64,000 bases of DNA from Epithemia pelagica (lineage: Eukaryota; Protista; Bacillariophyta): assembly GCA_946965045.2 (NCBI GenBank), contig OX337229.1:5890001-5954000 (forward strand). Reading direction: 5' to 3'. The translations under genes and the position numbers were made by a program. A model generated the notes under the pieces. That model searched no databases. It worked only from the letters and a program-made list of their open reading frames with translations, and was not told the DNA's origin. Shown here in pieces: positions 1 through 11,900 of the stretch (position 1 is the first letter of the stretch; each line of letters starts with the position of its first letter).

Positions 1-1300
1 CCCGGTCTGGTCGTTCCGATACAGTGGTCATGGCTGTTGTGGTTGTGGTTGTGTTGCTGGTGGTACTTGCTTCCATTGCGCTACTGCTGCCACTGCTACT
101 CGCACTGCTGTTACTGCTGCTGGTGTGTGTCAATGCCGGGGACGAGGGACACACTTGAATGGACAAGGACGGCGATTCGTTCCTCGTACTACTCGTAGGA
201 GAATCATTGTTGGATGGTGGAACCGTCGTCGCAATACTACCTCCCATTGGTTCTTCGAATGGCGTAGTTGTCGTTGTGGTTGGAGGTGGTGGACCCACCA
301 AACGACAACAAGAAGTGGTGTTTGTAATGGTACAGGAGTCCCAAGGATGGCTGCTGGGTTCGGCATGATGATGCCAAAAGAGGGGTTGAAAGTGTTGAAT
401 CTTGGTGCGACAGAGGGGACAGGACAAACTCACACTCATTGTTTTGGGTGGTTCTGAGTGTGGTGACTGCTGCTGCTGCTGCGTTGGTGATGGTGCTGGT
501 GTCGGTTCGACTGTGGACAGTTGTTCTTCTTCAGCTGTTGCTGTTTCAGATGATGATGATGATGATTGTTGCAAGGGTTGAGAGGATGACGGCGATTCTT
601 GCAGTTGTTCTAGTGCTGCTTGTGGTTGCTGCTGCTGTGTTGGTGCTTGTGGTTGTTCGACTGTGGACAATTCTTCTTCTTCTTCGGCTGCTGTTGCTGC
701 TGCTGTTTCAGATGATGATGATGATTGTGGTTGTGGTGGTTCCTCGGACACTGCAGCTGCTGTTGCTGTTGCTGTTGATGGTTCCGGTGGTGGTAACTCC
801 TGTGAGTTGACGACTGCGGTCGAGGGAGATTGCAATGGTGTAGTGGTGGTTGTTGTAGTGCTGCTGCTGCTTCGTCCAGTCATGAGAAGGAGACTGGGCA
901 ATCGTTGCCACCATTGAGGCGTCAAAAAGAGATTGTGGGAGGAGGCAGACGATCGTTGTCGCTGTTGTTGTTGTTGTTGTTGCAGTTGGAGTGTTTGGGA
1001 ATCCAGTTCGTGTTGTTGCCAGGCTTGAAAACAAGACACATGAAAACAATGGCCACAGGGATGAGCCATGCCAAAGGGAGCGGCTACCACTTTGGGGGAT
1101 GGTGGCGATTTGGTGGTAGTGGGAGGGGAACCAGTAGTATCGGTAGAAGTGACGGGTGCTTCCGTCTCCACGACAACATTGACCGAATGACCTTCCCTTC
1201 CTGCTCCGAGACACTGGGTGTTGGATAATGCATCACGACCTATATGGGGATCGACCAAGATGGATTGCAGACAAAAGATGCAATCGTCTCCTTCTCTCAT
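1..1300 (-). CDS. RING-H2-type zinc finger protein with long low-complexity insertions (3' end runs off the window)
   Basis: Manual translation from ATG at 1300 is open to the window edge: MREGDDCIFCLQ...HPCGHCFHVSCFQAW...SCPLCRTKIQHFQPLFW. All 8 RING-H2 ligands are present. It is absent from the ORF track, probably because there is no stop inside the window. Confidence 0.75.
   Translation of the reverse strand, partial: MREGDDCIFCLQSILVDPHIGRDALSNTQCLGAGREGHSVNVVVETEAPVTSTDTTGSPPTTTKSPPSPKVVAAPFGMAHPCGHCFHVSCFQAWQQHELDSQTLQLQQQQQQQRQRSSASSHNLFLTPQWWQRLPSLLLMTGRSSSSTTTTTTTPLQSPSTAVVNSQELPPPEPSTATATAAAVSEEPPQPQSSSSSETAAATAAEEEEELSTVEQPQAPTQQQQPQAALEQLQESPSSSQPLQQSSSSSSETATAEEEQLSTVEPTPAPSPTQQQQQSPHSEPPKTMSVSLSCPLCRTKIQHFQPLFWHHHAEPSSHPWDSCTITNTTSCCRLVGPPPPTTTTTTPFEEPMGGSIATTVPPSNNDSPTSSTRNESPSLSIQVCPSSPALTHTSSSNSSASSSGSSSAMEASTTSNTTTTTTAMTTVSERPDR
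506..728. repeat. Imperfect ~150-bp-period duplication inside the RING gene
   Basis: 'gttcgactgtggaca...ctgtttcagatgatgatgatg...attg' occurs at about 506-568 and 655-728. Confidence 0.75.
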
Positions 1301-1980
1301 CGTGATGAGAATGATGAGATGACTGCCAGAATGAAATGAGAAGAGGAGGACTCTTTGTTGGTCTTTGGCAATCTCACACTCTCGAATATCAGAGGCAGAC
1401 AGAACGAATGTCGGTTGGATGGAGAGCCGGGTCACAACCACAGTTCTGTGGGCATGCTTGTTGTCGTCTCGCGGGGGGTCTTTCTCTCAACAAGAGAATT
1501 TCCAAACTCGAAATACTGGGGAACGGATGACAACGGATGTACCGGATCGATTCCAATCCTCGTTCCTCTGTCGTTTGGGGGATTTCACACTCCACCTTTC
1601 GATGACGGATGCGTGTCCACTAAAATATTCGTAACGGTGTCACCTTGGAGGATTGTCGTTGAAGAGAGCGAGAAGATCTTTTTTCGTCGAGCAGAACCAC
1701 CACAGAATTCCCTCCAATCACTCGAAATCGAATACCACAGAAAAAATGAAGGAATGAGAGGTGGAGAGGTGTCACAATTCCCACCTGCGCGCGGGCCTGT
1801 CGGAACCACGACCGAAATGACCCAGCGACCTTGAAGCGACTGCGGATCACCAGGGAAGCGCGCGTGGCATCCCACGCGCTCGCGCGTTCCGGATCCTTTT
1901 CCCAAAAACCCCAACCACAATGACAACCGGACCGTAGTGTACTTCGAGAACCAGGTAAGACGAAGAACGACACCGAGTCC

Positions 1981-2015
1981 AAGAAGAAGAAGAAGAAGAA
2001 GAAGAAGAAGAAGAA
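1981..2015. repeat. (AAG)n microsatellite
   Basis: About 11 perfect AAG units. Confidence 0.9.
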
Positions 2016-2431
2016 AAGCAAGAATGGTCCAGATGATTTGGTTGTGCCAACGACGACGACAACAACAACAACAGGCCGCCGTTGCTGTAAGAACCAGAGG
2101 GTTTCTCTCATCACAGGGGTGTTGTGGGAGCATGTTCCAAACCCTCCTCCTTTCGTATTCTTCTTCTTCTTCCTTTGTCGTATATCGATCCTGTCCTTTA
2201 CATCATCACCCAACTGTCTTACCAGTCCAAGCACCATTCTCTTCTTCTTCGTCTTCTTTTCGTCGTCGTCCTCGTGTTATTCCTACGGTTTCTCTCTACC
2301 CGGATCGTTCTCCTTGGTTTGGATGCACTCCAACACGCTATTATCGCTCTTCTTGGACGGATTCTTCTTCTTCTCGGAAGGATTCTTCTTCTCCCGATAA
2401 GCCGCCACGGGCACACGGTTCTCTTTCGGCC

Positions 2432-5400
2432 ATGGGGATCGACACGTTTGAAGACAATGATGAATTTGGAGACGATGATGATTTGTTTCAAAATGTCGAT
2501 TTGGATCAATGGGAAGCCCAGGCCTATCAGCAACGAATGAGTACGGGTAGTGCGACTCCAGGACCTTCCACCACCAAGAGAACCCGAACGGAGGAGCCTG
2601 CCACGGACCAAGAGCATTCCACCTCTCTGTCTCCCAGTAGTAGTATAGGTGCTGCTACAGGGAGTGCTGCCATTCCGCAACAAGAACAACAACAAGAAGA
2701 ACCTTTGACAAAACGATCCAAGTCCACCACAAGACGAGAAGATCACCAGGTATTATTCGACGACAACATTAACGACACGGACGAGAAGGACGATTCCTAC
2801 CATGCCGTCTTGAACGAGTATTTTGGCTATACCAAGTTTCGACCGGGACAGTGGTCGGTTCTGCGAGCCATTGTCGAGGAACAACGCGATGCGGCCGTCT
2901 TTTGGAGTACGGGCAAGGGAAAATCCCTGTGTTTTCAAATTCCAGCCCTCCTTCCCAACAACGACGACCAGAACAACGAACAGGGACGGGTCGTGGTGGT
3001 CATTTCTCCCCTCATTTCTCTCATGCAAGATCAAGTGGACAAACTCAATGGACTCTGCATGGGCAGCGACCAAAGTAATAATACGAAGGTGGCCAATTAT
3101 TTGGGATCGGGACAAACCGATGACTCGGTTTACTCCCAGGCCATGCAAGGTGCCTATTCGCTCCTGTATGTGACACCGGAAACCTTTTGTTCCCATTCCT
3201 TTGTGCAACAATTGCAACAGATGCATCTTACTCGGAAACCCATTGCGCTCTTTGCTGTGGACGAAGCTCATTGTGTCAGTGAATGGGGTCATGATTTTCG
3301 ACCCGAATTTCGAGCCATTGGATCGACCCTCCGAGGCAGCAAGGCTGCTGGCGTCTTTGATCAAATTCCCATTTTGGCCTTGACGGCCACGGCCATTCCT
3401 CGAGTCCAACGAGATATTGTCGAGAGTTTGCACCTGCACAAAAATCCCTTGATTTCCGTCCAATCCTTTGATCGATCCAATTTGGTTTTGCAGGTTACCA
3501 AAAAGCCGCAGGGTGGTGTGCCGGCCGCCTTTCGGCCTCTCCTGGAACAATGGTCGTCCTCCAAGGCAGCGGACCGGCTGGTGAAACCCACCATTGTCTA
3601 TGCTCCCACACGGGCCCAAGTCGAAGAAATTGCCAGCTTTTTACAACACAATCTGCCATCGACCAACAGTACCAACCAAAAGCCGGTCACCATTGAGGCC
3701 TATCATGCCGGCATGACGCCGCAAGATCGGCATCGAATTCATACCAACTTTTTGACGGTACGTGTTTGCATATGATTTTGTGGTTGGTCGTTGGAATCCT
3801 TTCAATACAAGATCTTACTCTTGTTCTTGTTTTTTTTTCTAACATAGGGCCAAACCCAAGTGATTGTGGCAACGGTGGCCTTTGGGATGGGAATTGAGTA
3901 AGTCAATCGGTTGCATGTCTTTTTGAATCTTTGTCGTCGCTACGAGTTTCTCACAATAGGACTAAATCTGTCGCTTCGTGCAATGCTTGCGTGTTTCTCT
4001 GTTTATTATAGCAAACCCGACACTCGAAACGTGATTCATTACGGTCCTCCCAAAACCGTCGAAGAGTATTTCCAACAAATTGGTCGAGCGGGCCGTGATG
4101 GATTGGAATCCCATTGCCATTTGATGGTGAGTGAATCCGACTTTGATCGCTATCATACCGACTTTTACTTGGGACAATTGCAAGGACCTGCTCGAGAGGC
4201 AACAGTCCAAAGCATTCAGGCGTTGCGAGAGTATGCCCTCGACTCGGAAGGGTGTCGACGCAAACTCTTGCTGGATTACTTTGGTCAAGCCTCGCCCTTT
4301 GGAGAACGCTGTGGGACCTGCGACAATTGTCAGAAACAAGCCAAGTTTGGTGCCGATGCGACGCGGGACTTTGGACCCCTGGGTGCCCGTCTCGTCTTGT
4401 GTGCGGTCGATTCCTTAAAGTCTCAGGGCATGACTCCACTTGTCAAGGTCATGACGGGCAAGCCCGTCGAAGACTATCGATACAGCGCCCCCATAAACAC
4501 GGCCACCAAGGCTATGGAGAAGTGGGCCCACCAGGTTCCAAAAAATTACCCCAAACAAGCCTATCTGAAAGAACTGATTTCGACCCTCGTTAGCAAAGGG
4601 TACATTTCCGAATCCACGAAACATGCAACTGTGGGAGGCAATTACCAAACCAGTTGGACGGCCTACGAACTGACACGGTATGGTCGACAGGCGTTGTACA
4701 ACACCTCAACGCCCATTCACCTTGCCGTGCCGGATACGGTTCGTCAGGTGGAACAAAAAGAAGAAGAACGACGACAAAAAGTCTTGGCCAAACTGGAAGA
4801 ACGAGGCATTTCTCGCGACAAGGTTCCCTTGGAGGAAGCCAAAACGGGCGATGGCGAAGTGTTGCGGGCCTACGAGAAGTGGTTTTCCTATTCGGAGAAC
4901 TGTTCCAATCCAGACCGGAAAGCTCAATTGCAGAAACTCAGATCTACCATTGAGCAATGGCGGTCCTCGACAGCCTTTCGACACCGCATGGCGCCAGGAT
5001 CCGTGTTGGCCGATCACAAACTCTTTGCCTTGGCCTACACGCAAGCAACTCTGCCACGAGGGCAACACTTGGATGCTCCGGCTCTAGTGGCGACAGGAAT
5101 CCGAAGCAAGGAATTACCCGCCTTGGTGGATCGAATTGGTGAGTAAGCAGTGGCAACGTGTGTGACCCTTCTAGGTAGTTGGTTTCATTGAAACATCAGC
5201 AGTCTCACATTTTTATCCTTGTTTCGTTGCAGCACAATGGGTTGAAGAGGCGCAGCCTGCTTTGTCAACCAACGAAGGAACAGGAGATGAGCCACAAATG
5301 GTGTTCTCCTCAAATATTCAACAACCGAAATGGAAATATGCAATTTACAAACCTCAAAAGAAAACTGGAATTCCTGCTTGGGAGGCTTCTTATCGTCGTT

Positions 5401-5813
5401 TTGCAGCGGGCGAAAGCCCGGAAGCCATTGCTATGAATCCTGCCAGTGGAAGACCCATCCAAGCCATGACAGTCGTCAGTCACATTTTTGACGCCATGCT
5501 TCAAGGTTACGAGGTGGATGCCCGTCGTCTTGTCAAACTCTCGCCCCCTCCCAACGAAGGCGAGTGGCAACGGCTGGAACAAGCCGAAGCAACGACTGGT
5601 ATGAATGTGGCAGGGGACCCCGATACATCGGGCATGAACAATGAAAAGTTCTTGGTAACGGACTTCTTGAAACCAATTGTGGATTCTGCGAGCAAGGAAT
5701 ACAAAGAACGTTCGGAAGAGGAACGCAAGGAATTCTTCTTTTGGTGCGGAAAGGTGAAATGGTACATGCATTTCAAGAGACTGGGCTATACACCCACCTT
5801 TACATCGGTTTGA
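2432..5813 (+). CDS. RecQ family DNA helicase (WRN-like: helicase, RQC zinc, HRDC-like and C-terminal HTH), 4 exons
   Basis: Motifs STGKGKSLCFQIP, AVDEAHCVSEWGHDFRPEF, ALTATA, VIVATVAFGMGIDKPD, YFQQIGRAGRDG, and CRRKLLL..CGTCDNC. Exons 2432-3757, 3848-3897, 4012-5138 and 5233-5813 have GT-AG ends and join in frame. The start could be upstream at 2024. Confidence 0.93.
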
Positions 5814-5945
5814 TCAAAGGGCAAAACACTTTTTCTCGCAGAATTCAAGGTTAGTGTCTGTGTGAGAATGGGTGTCGTAATCTATCAAAATTGTGTCTAT
5901 AGCTTTAATATGAACTCAGGGTGTCTCTTGACTCGTTGATGTAGC

Positions 5946-8900
5946 TCATTTTCTAGCAGGTGATCCCCCCGGGACGGTGCTTTGTCGGGCAGCGGACGGA
6001 GTTCTCGAGGATTGGTTTTGTGGTGGGACAAATACATGCATTGCCGACTGAGCACGACCATCGGCTCGGACGGCAGACGGCGGGTACGGGTTGCTCGTCG
6101 AACGTTGGGCATGATTTGTTTGTGGGGTTGAGATTTGTCCAACCGACATTGCGGTTGGCGTGGGTCGAGTGGAGGTCACAGGTGCACTGTGCTGTCGTGC
6201 TACGGGGGCCATGGCAGATGATGGTGGCGAGCGAGATGGTCCACTTGACGATGCGGCAGCAGCAGCAGCAGCTTGTTGCTGTGCTTGATTGGCAAGGAAG
6301 CGATCGGATGCATCTAAAAATTGGAGCGGCCACATTTCCGTGCGACCACCAGTCCAGCTCGATGCAACCGACGATTGGACCGACTGCATGTGTGAGGGAT
6401 GGCTGTGTGCAATATTTGGGGAAGCGCCATCTGTTATTCCAGGAATAACACTTGGGCCACTTTGGAGTTTCTTTCTTGCTGAAGACATGGCACTGAAGGT
6501 TCGTCTTTTCCCGACAGTGGGTTCCGCCGACATGCTACTACTGCCATGGAGAAACCCAAGGTTGTCAACATCCGCGGCTGATGTTGTTACTTCGATATTA
6601 TCGCTTGGAACAATGGTCACAAGAACACTTGGTTTCTTACTTTCGGTACCTGTTTTCTCGGTTTTGTCTTTTGCATCACTCCCGATTATTTCATGCCGGA
6701 CATCAAGCGCGTATGATTCTGGGAATGTTACCGTGAAGGTCTCTCGTTGTCTCCTTTCCACCTTCTTCGCTTCCGTCCCCAATGACGAATCGTTGCGGGT
6801 GAGGATCTGCCAGTGTTCTTTGCAACTTTTGGAGGCACGGGGAAAACATTGACTGGCTTGAGGTTGTCTCGTGACAGTAACTAAGTCTTGTAGTCCACTA
6901 AGAGCACGCGAAGCTAGAGCCCAGTTGGTGCCAAAACGCAAAACGGTCTTCTTCAATAGGACTTCTTCTCTTGGAGTCCACGGGATAATTTGATCCTTGG
7001 AAGTGGGTGGAAGTTTGACACCCATAGGAAGAGTGACTCCAACGCTGGGACGTGGTGGAGCTGTTGCTGTCATACCTGAAGGCAGGTACAGAAACCCCGA
7101 GTTAAATGGTCCGAAATCCACACGACATGGAGACGATAGTGATCGACGTAGGTCAGAACTTTGTGCATGTGAAACTTCAATGGCCTCGTCTCCTGTTTTC
7201 GAATCTCTACTCTTTAGTCGTTTTACAACGCTTGTCCACAGTGCCGGGTCGCCCTGGAAATCGTTCCTAAAAATCTGAGAACGACCGAGGGGCTTTGAAA
7301 CAGCAAGCGGAAGACCAGGTCCTGACTCGTATGCACCCCCTGCTTGCCAACACAGACGAGACAATCTATGTGATAACTTGTTTCTCAACCGAACAGCAGC
7401 AGCTCGAAAAGGAGCGGCATCAAAGAGCGTAGCACCATGTCCATACTGACGGGAAGCTGCAATGAGCCGGCTGCGATGCAAGTCTTTCGTTTTTGAAGCA
7501 TTTCCGGAATTACCGAAAACAGCCATGGCAGCAGGCCTAGCAGGGTTTTGGTCTACACCACTTAAGGGTCTTGCAACAATAGATGTCTCTCTCGACGGAT
7601 CTTGGAACGCGTTTTTCTTTTGTCGGTCCCCTGATTCTACCCCATTTGACCCATACAACCCATTGCTAGCCGGATGGTAATGATTTGCAACAGGATGTGC
7701 CCATGGGGCGACAACATTGTTGAGATTGGGATGAGAACGGCCAGGTTGATAGACAGGCATACCCATTTGTCCACGCTGACGTCTTCGAGCAATGAAAAGA
7801 ATTAACGAGTTCGAGGCCCCTCTCGCATGGGAATCCAAATGTCGGCTTTCCTCGCTTTCTGAGTGGTCAATCGGATGAGCCCCAGCCTCAAAGTCGTCCA
7901 GTACGGCACTGCTGTTCGGGCGACTCTCAGCTAAGATCTGATTGGAGAAAACAGCCGAATCACGTGGCAATGGAATCGCCCCAATTCCGGCAAGCCCGTA
8001 ATCATCGGTAAGATCAAGAAGTACCGCAGCAGCGTCGTTCTTCAAAGAGTTCTCCTCTGTCACCAGTGGAGGATCATGAGCCGTCACTGAGGTATCCATG
8101 AACTCTCCACCAGCCAGCTTGAGTTTCTTCACTGGAAGCCCATCTATCAACGGTCGAACTCGTTTGTTACGTGATTCTCTTGAGATCGGAGACGGAACAC
8201 TTTCTGGTGCCACAACAGCGGACTCGAGCAATCGCGGAAAGATAGGAGGAAAGTACACAAGTAGCTCCATTCCTTGACTCCCTTCGCTGGAAAGTAGTTT
8301 GTTTGACAATAGAAATGAAGACGCGTACACGTTGTGACTGATATCCGACAGAGCGGGGAATGCCGAATCGTCGTATTCCAGTAGACCTCCGGCAAGGGCT
8401 TCTACCGTGGGTTCCTTCTCCTCTTTTTCAGCGACACTGACAGTCTCACTTCCAGACATTTCTTGCCATCCAACGGGTTGATGAGAAAGTGGCACAACCA
8501 GCTTTTCAGACGGTTGTCCTTCATCACCTTCGACGTGCGTGTCAAGGCGTCGTGCAAATTGTGCCACTGGCGAAACGTTCCAACCAGAGGAAAACTCAAC
8601 ATCAAAGTCGTTTGGAAATGGCGGCACAGAGCTTGTACACTTTATACAGGAATCCACCAAATGAAACGAGAATGCCGACGATTCCCCTTCACTCTTGGAC
8701 AAATTCTTCATTATGGACACTTGGGATTCGACAGTAAGGGACCCAGAAGAAGACGGGAGAAACAGTGGCCCGGAGCTCCTCCCAAACAAAGGCCGACATG
8801 ACAACTCATTGCAAAGCACTTTCTCTAGATTTTCGTTGCTCCACGCAAAGAGACCTTTCCCGGGAAACAGGTGTAATCCTTCGGAGGAACCTGAGCTGAT

Positions 8901-11900
8901 CCAGTTGTTGTAGACAACCGACTCTTCAGAAGAACGAAGATTTTGAGGTGGTTCCAAAATACCAAAGGCATTGACTGGCCACGGCAATTTGAAGTCCTTC
9001 ATCGATGCATGAGTCCCATTGTCTGAATTGGTAACACAAAAGTTCTCTTCGCACGAATTCTGGGAAATGAGACGAAGCACACGACATTCTCCTTGTTGCT
9101 GCTCATTGGCAAACGAAACACGCGAAAACAGTGACCGCATCAAAAGGTCTCCCCGTCCACTCCAGTCCTCGTCAACCACCACCACCAAGTTTGCCGATTC
9201 TACGCCAAGGCCACCATGATTGCCAGCGACTGCAATGGGCGAAGCAACCACGACATTCACCATCCGTGAGGATTCTGAAATACGATCATTGAATCGAGAA
9301 AGGACACGCTGTGTCGCTAGCCACGCAGCAGTGCTCCCATTGCGGTGAATCGCACCATGGTAGCTCAACAGTACTTCGTGGCAGACACCCAGAGCTCCAA
9401 GCAGAAGGGACACCAACAGCTGTACTTCCGGCAAAACTGCAAGAATGGCTACCTTGATCGGCCCATCCGATTGCGACTCTTTCTCCGAGGCTGCTCGTTG
9501 GGGAATTTCGGCTGATTCGTGGATTTCTGGTTCCAACGTGACGCCCCCATCCTGCACGAGAATTCGAGACAGTTCCCGAAACTTTCCCGAGCCCTTCAAT
9601 ATGAAGGATGCCAGTTCCGCGTCGGGTTGAGAGCTTGTGGATTTTTCGAGCGTAGAAAAGGAATAATCCAATAGCTGTTGTCGCACCGGGAAGGAATCCA
9701 AGACACTTTGCGCATCCGCGTGTGTGCAAATCCTTCGCAACCGCATGAGAGCTTCGGCAATGCCCCGAAAGGCAAACTGGACCGTATCCACTTCCAAGCG
9801 TCGAGAAAGCGCTGTTTTGACGCTATTGCAGCAATATTCGTACGACGTCCGTTGCGTCGGTGTCATGTCACAGAGAACAATCTCGACTTGTGGTGTGACC
9901 TTGCTTTCGCTTACCAACGTGTAGGTTGTCATGTCGAGCATTTTACAAAACAAGCCTCGCACTCGAAGAAACTTGGAAGAGGTTCCGTCCCCACCACTCG
10001 TCGTATCGGCGGAGCGCTTGATATGACGACGAGCCCAGCCTAAAAGATTCTTTTTGGAAAATTTCCATTCGGTCGAAAAGAGTGCCGATCCATACAAAAA
10101 GGCGGCCCGTAAGGACAAATGTTCCAGTACCATTCGATCCGAGAAGCCGTCCAAGAGACCCAACAAATCCATCGAGCTGAAATGGTCCACAACGATGCGT
10201 CGAGCGTTGGACTTGAACACGAGCGAAACGATTCGTTCCCACCAATCGGTCGAGGCCAGCTCCTTGGGTGCCGACATGGACAGCAAGGAATGGCTGGAAT
10301 TCTCATGGGTATCCAGGTAGGTTGGGGGCCGCGATCCACGAAATCCTACCGGATACCGCGAGTCTACCACAATGGTTTGGAATTGTGAGAGGACGTCCTC
10401 GGTCATGGTTTTCAAATCACTGAAACTGCAAATGACCACGAGGGAGGACGTGGTCGTTCGTGCGGCGGCGGCCAAGGAGGAGGATAGTTTGGCCGACATG
10501 GGTACCGGAGAAACGCCTTCAAAGTAGTGGAGTTCATTCAACCACTTGACCAAACTGTCAGCGGAACACACTACGAGCTGTGGACCCAAACTCTTGTATT
10601 TCCAGAGAATCGCACACGTGCTAAAGGTTTTTCCCGAAGAGACGGGACCGGACAAGAGACATCCCACTGAATTCTTTTTCCAAAGGTCTTCCATAAAGCC
10701 AACTCCCGTGGCCTCGTGCGCAAAAAAGTCCACTCCGTACGATTTACTGGGTTTGGGTTCGGCCTGTTTGACCGCCAAAAGCAAGGGAATCAAATGGTCG
10801 AGCGTGTCGGAAATCTCATCCAGGTCTACATGTCTCTTTTCGGGAGACGACGATGTGGATACCACTGGAGCACTCGTTTCCGTAGTGTTGGTGTCGTCCG
10901 CAGTGTGGGTCTCTTTGGTGGGTGTTGTCGTTGTTGTGGTTGTTGTTGTTGCCTTTGTGGTCAGTTCCACAGGACGGTTCCCTTCCTTGGTCTCCTCCTC
11001 GGCGTCTCGTGTCGAGTCTCCCCGAAGAACGTCGTCGTCAGGATTGTCTCCCGTTTCTGGATCCTGATGCAGGGACCAAAATTGGGACACGAAGGAGGTA
11101 CACGTTTTGGCAATGTCACGCAACGTGTCCTCATTCTGGGAACGGTCCTCCTCTTCCTCCTCCAAGGCTGCAAATTTTCGCTTGCCATCCTCCGGTTCCT
11201 CGGTGTTGGTGGTGTTGGTTGTCGAGGGCAGTGCTGGTGATTCGGCCGGCATGGGACTCGTAGTAGTAGCAGTCGTACGATCTGGTATCGATTCCACGAC
11301 GGCGGTAGGGATTGCTGGTTCTTTTGTGGTTGTTGTTGTTTCGTCTTCTTCTTGTGGTGGTTGGGGAACCGGTTCGACGGATGCTGTTGTTGTCGAAACG
11401 ACTGTGGAGTGGACGACGCTTTGTGCCACGGCACGGGCCGTACAGAGTTTCCATTTGCGTTCTTCGATAAAATCAGTGGCCAGCCATCGCATTTCTTCCA
11501 AGAGGACATCCCACTGCGTGCGACGCCGTTGCGGCAGTCGCGGTGGAGGACTGACACCGTGCGTGCAAAAGTCCCGCACCCAGTCCGGACGATTCCTTGT
11601 CGTGGTGGTGGTACTGGTCGTCCCAGACGAGGAGTGCGGCGCTTCGGATCGAGTGTGCCGTTGTTGCGCCAGTTGGACGAGTTTGGTTTCCACTCGTTGG
11701 CGTCGTTCCCGGAGCGCAACGGCTTCGGGAAGGACCACCACGGGTGGTGTCGGACGTCGCATGGCAAGTCCCAAAATATTGTGGGGTGGAATTCCTCGAG
11801 GAGGAGGTGGTGCTGGTTTGGCGGAAGCTCGTGCCAGGGATGCGGAGGTCAAAAGACCCTGGGATGATGATTGCTGAGTTGCTGCTGATGGGTGTGGTGG

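Noticed and set aside
1937-2023. GTG-initiated poly-Arg N-terminus of RecQ, and other TTG/GTG starts in the ORF track
   Set aside because: The poly-Arg comes from an AAG microsatellite, and non-ATG starts are not the default for eukaryotic nuclear genes.
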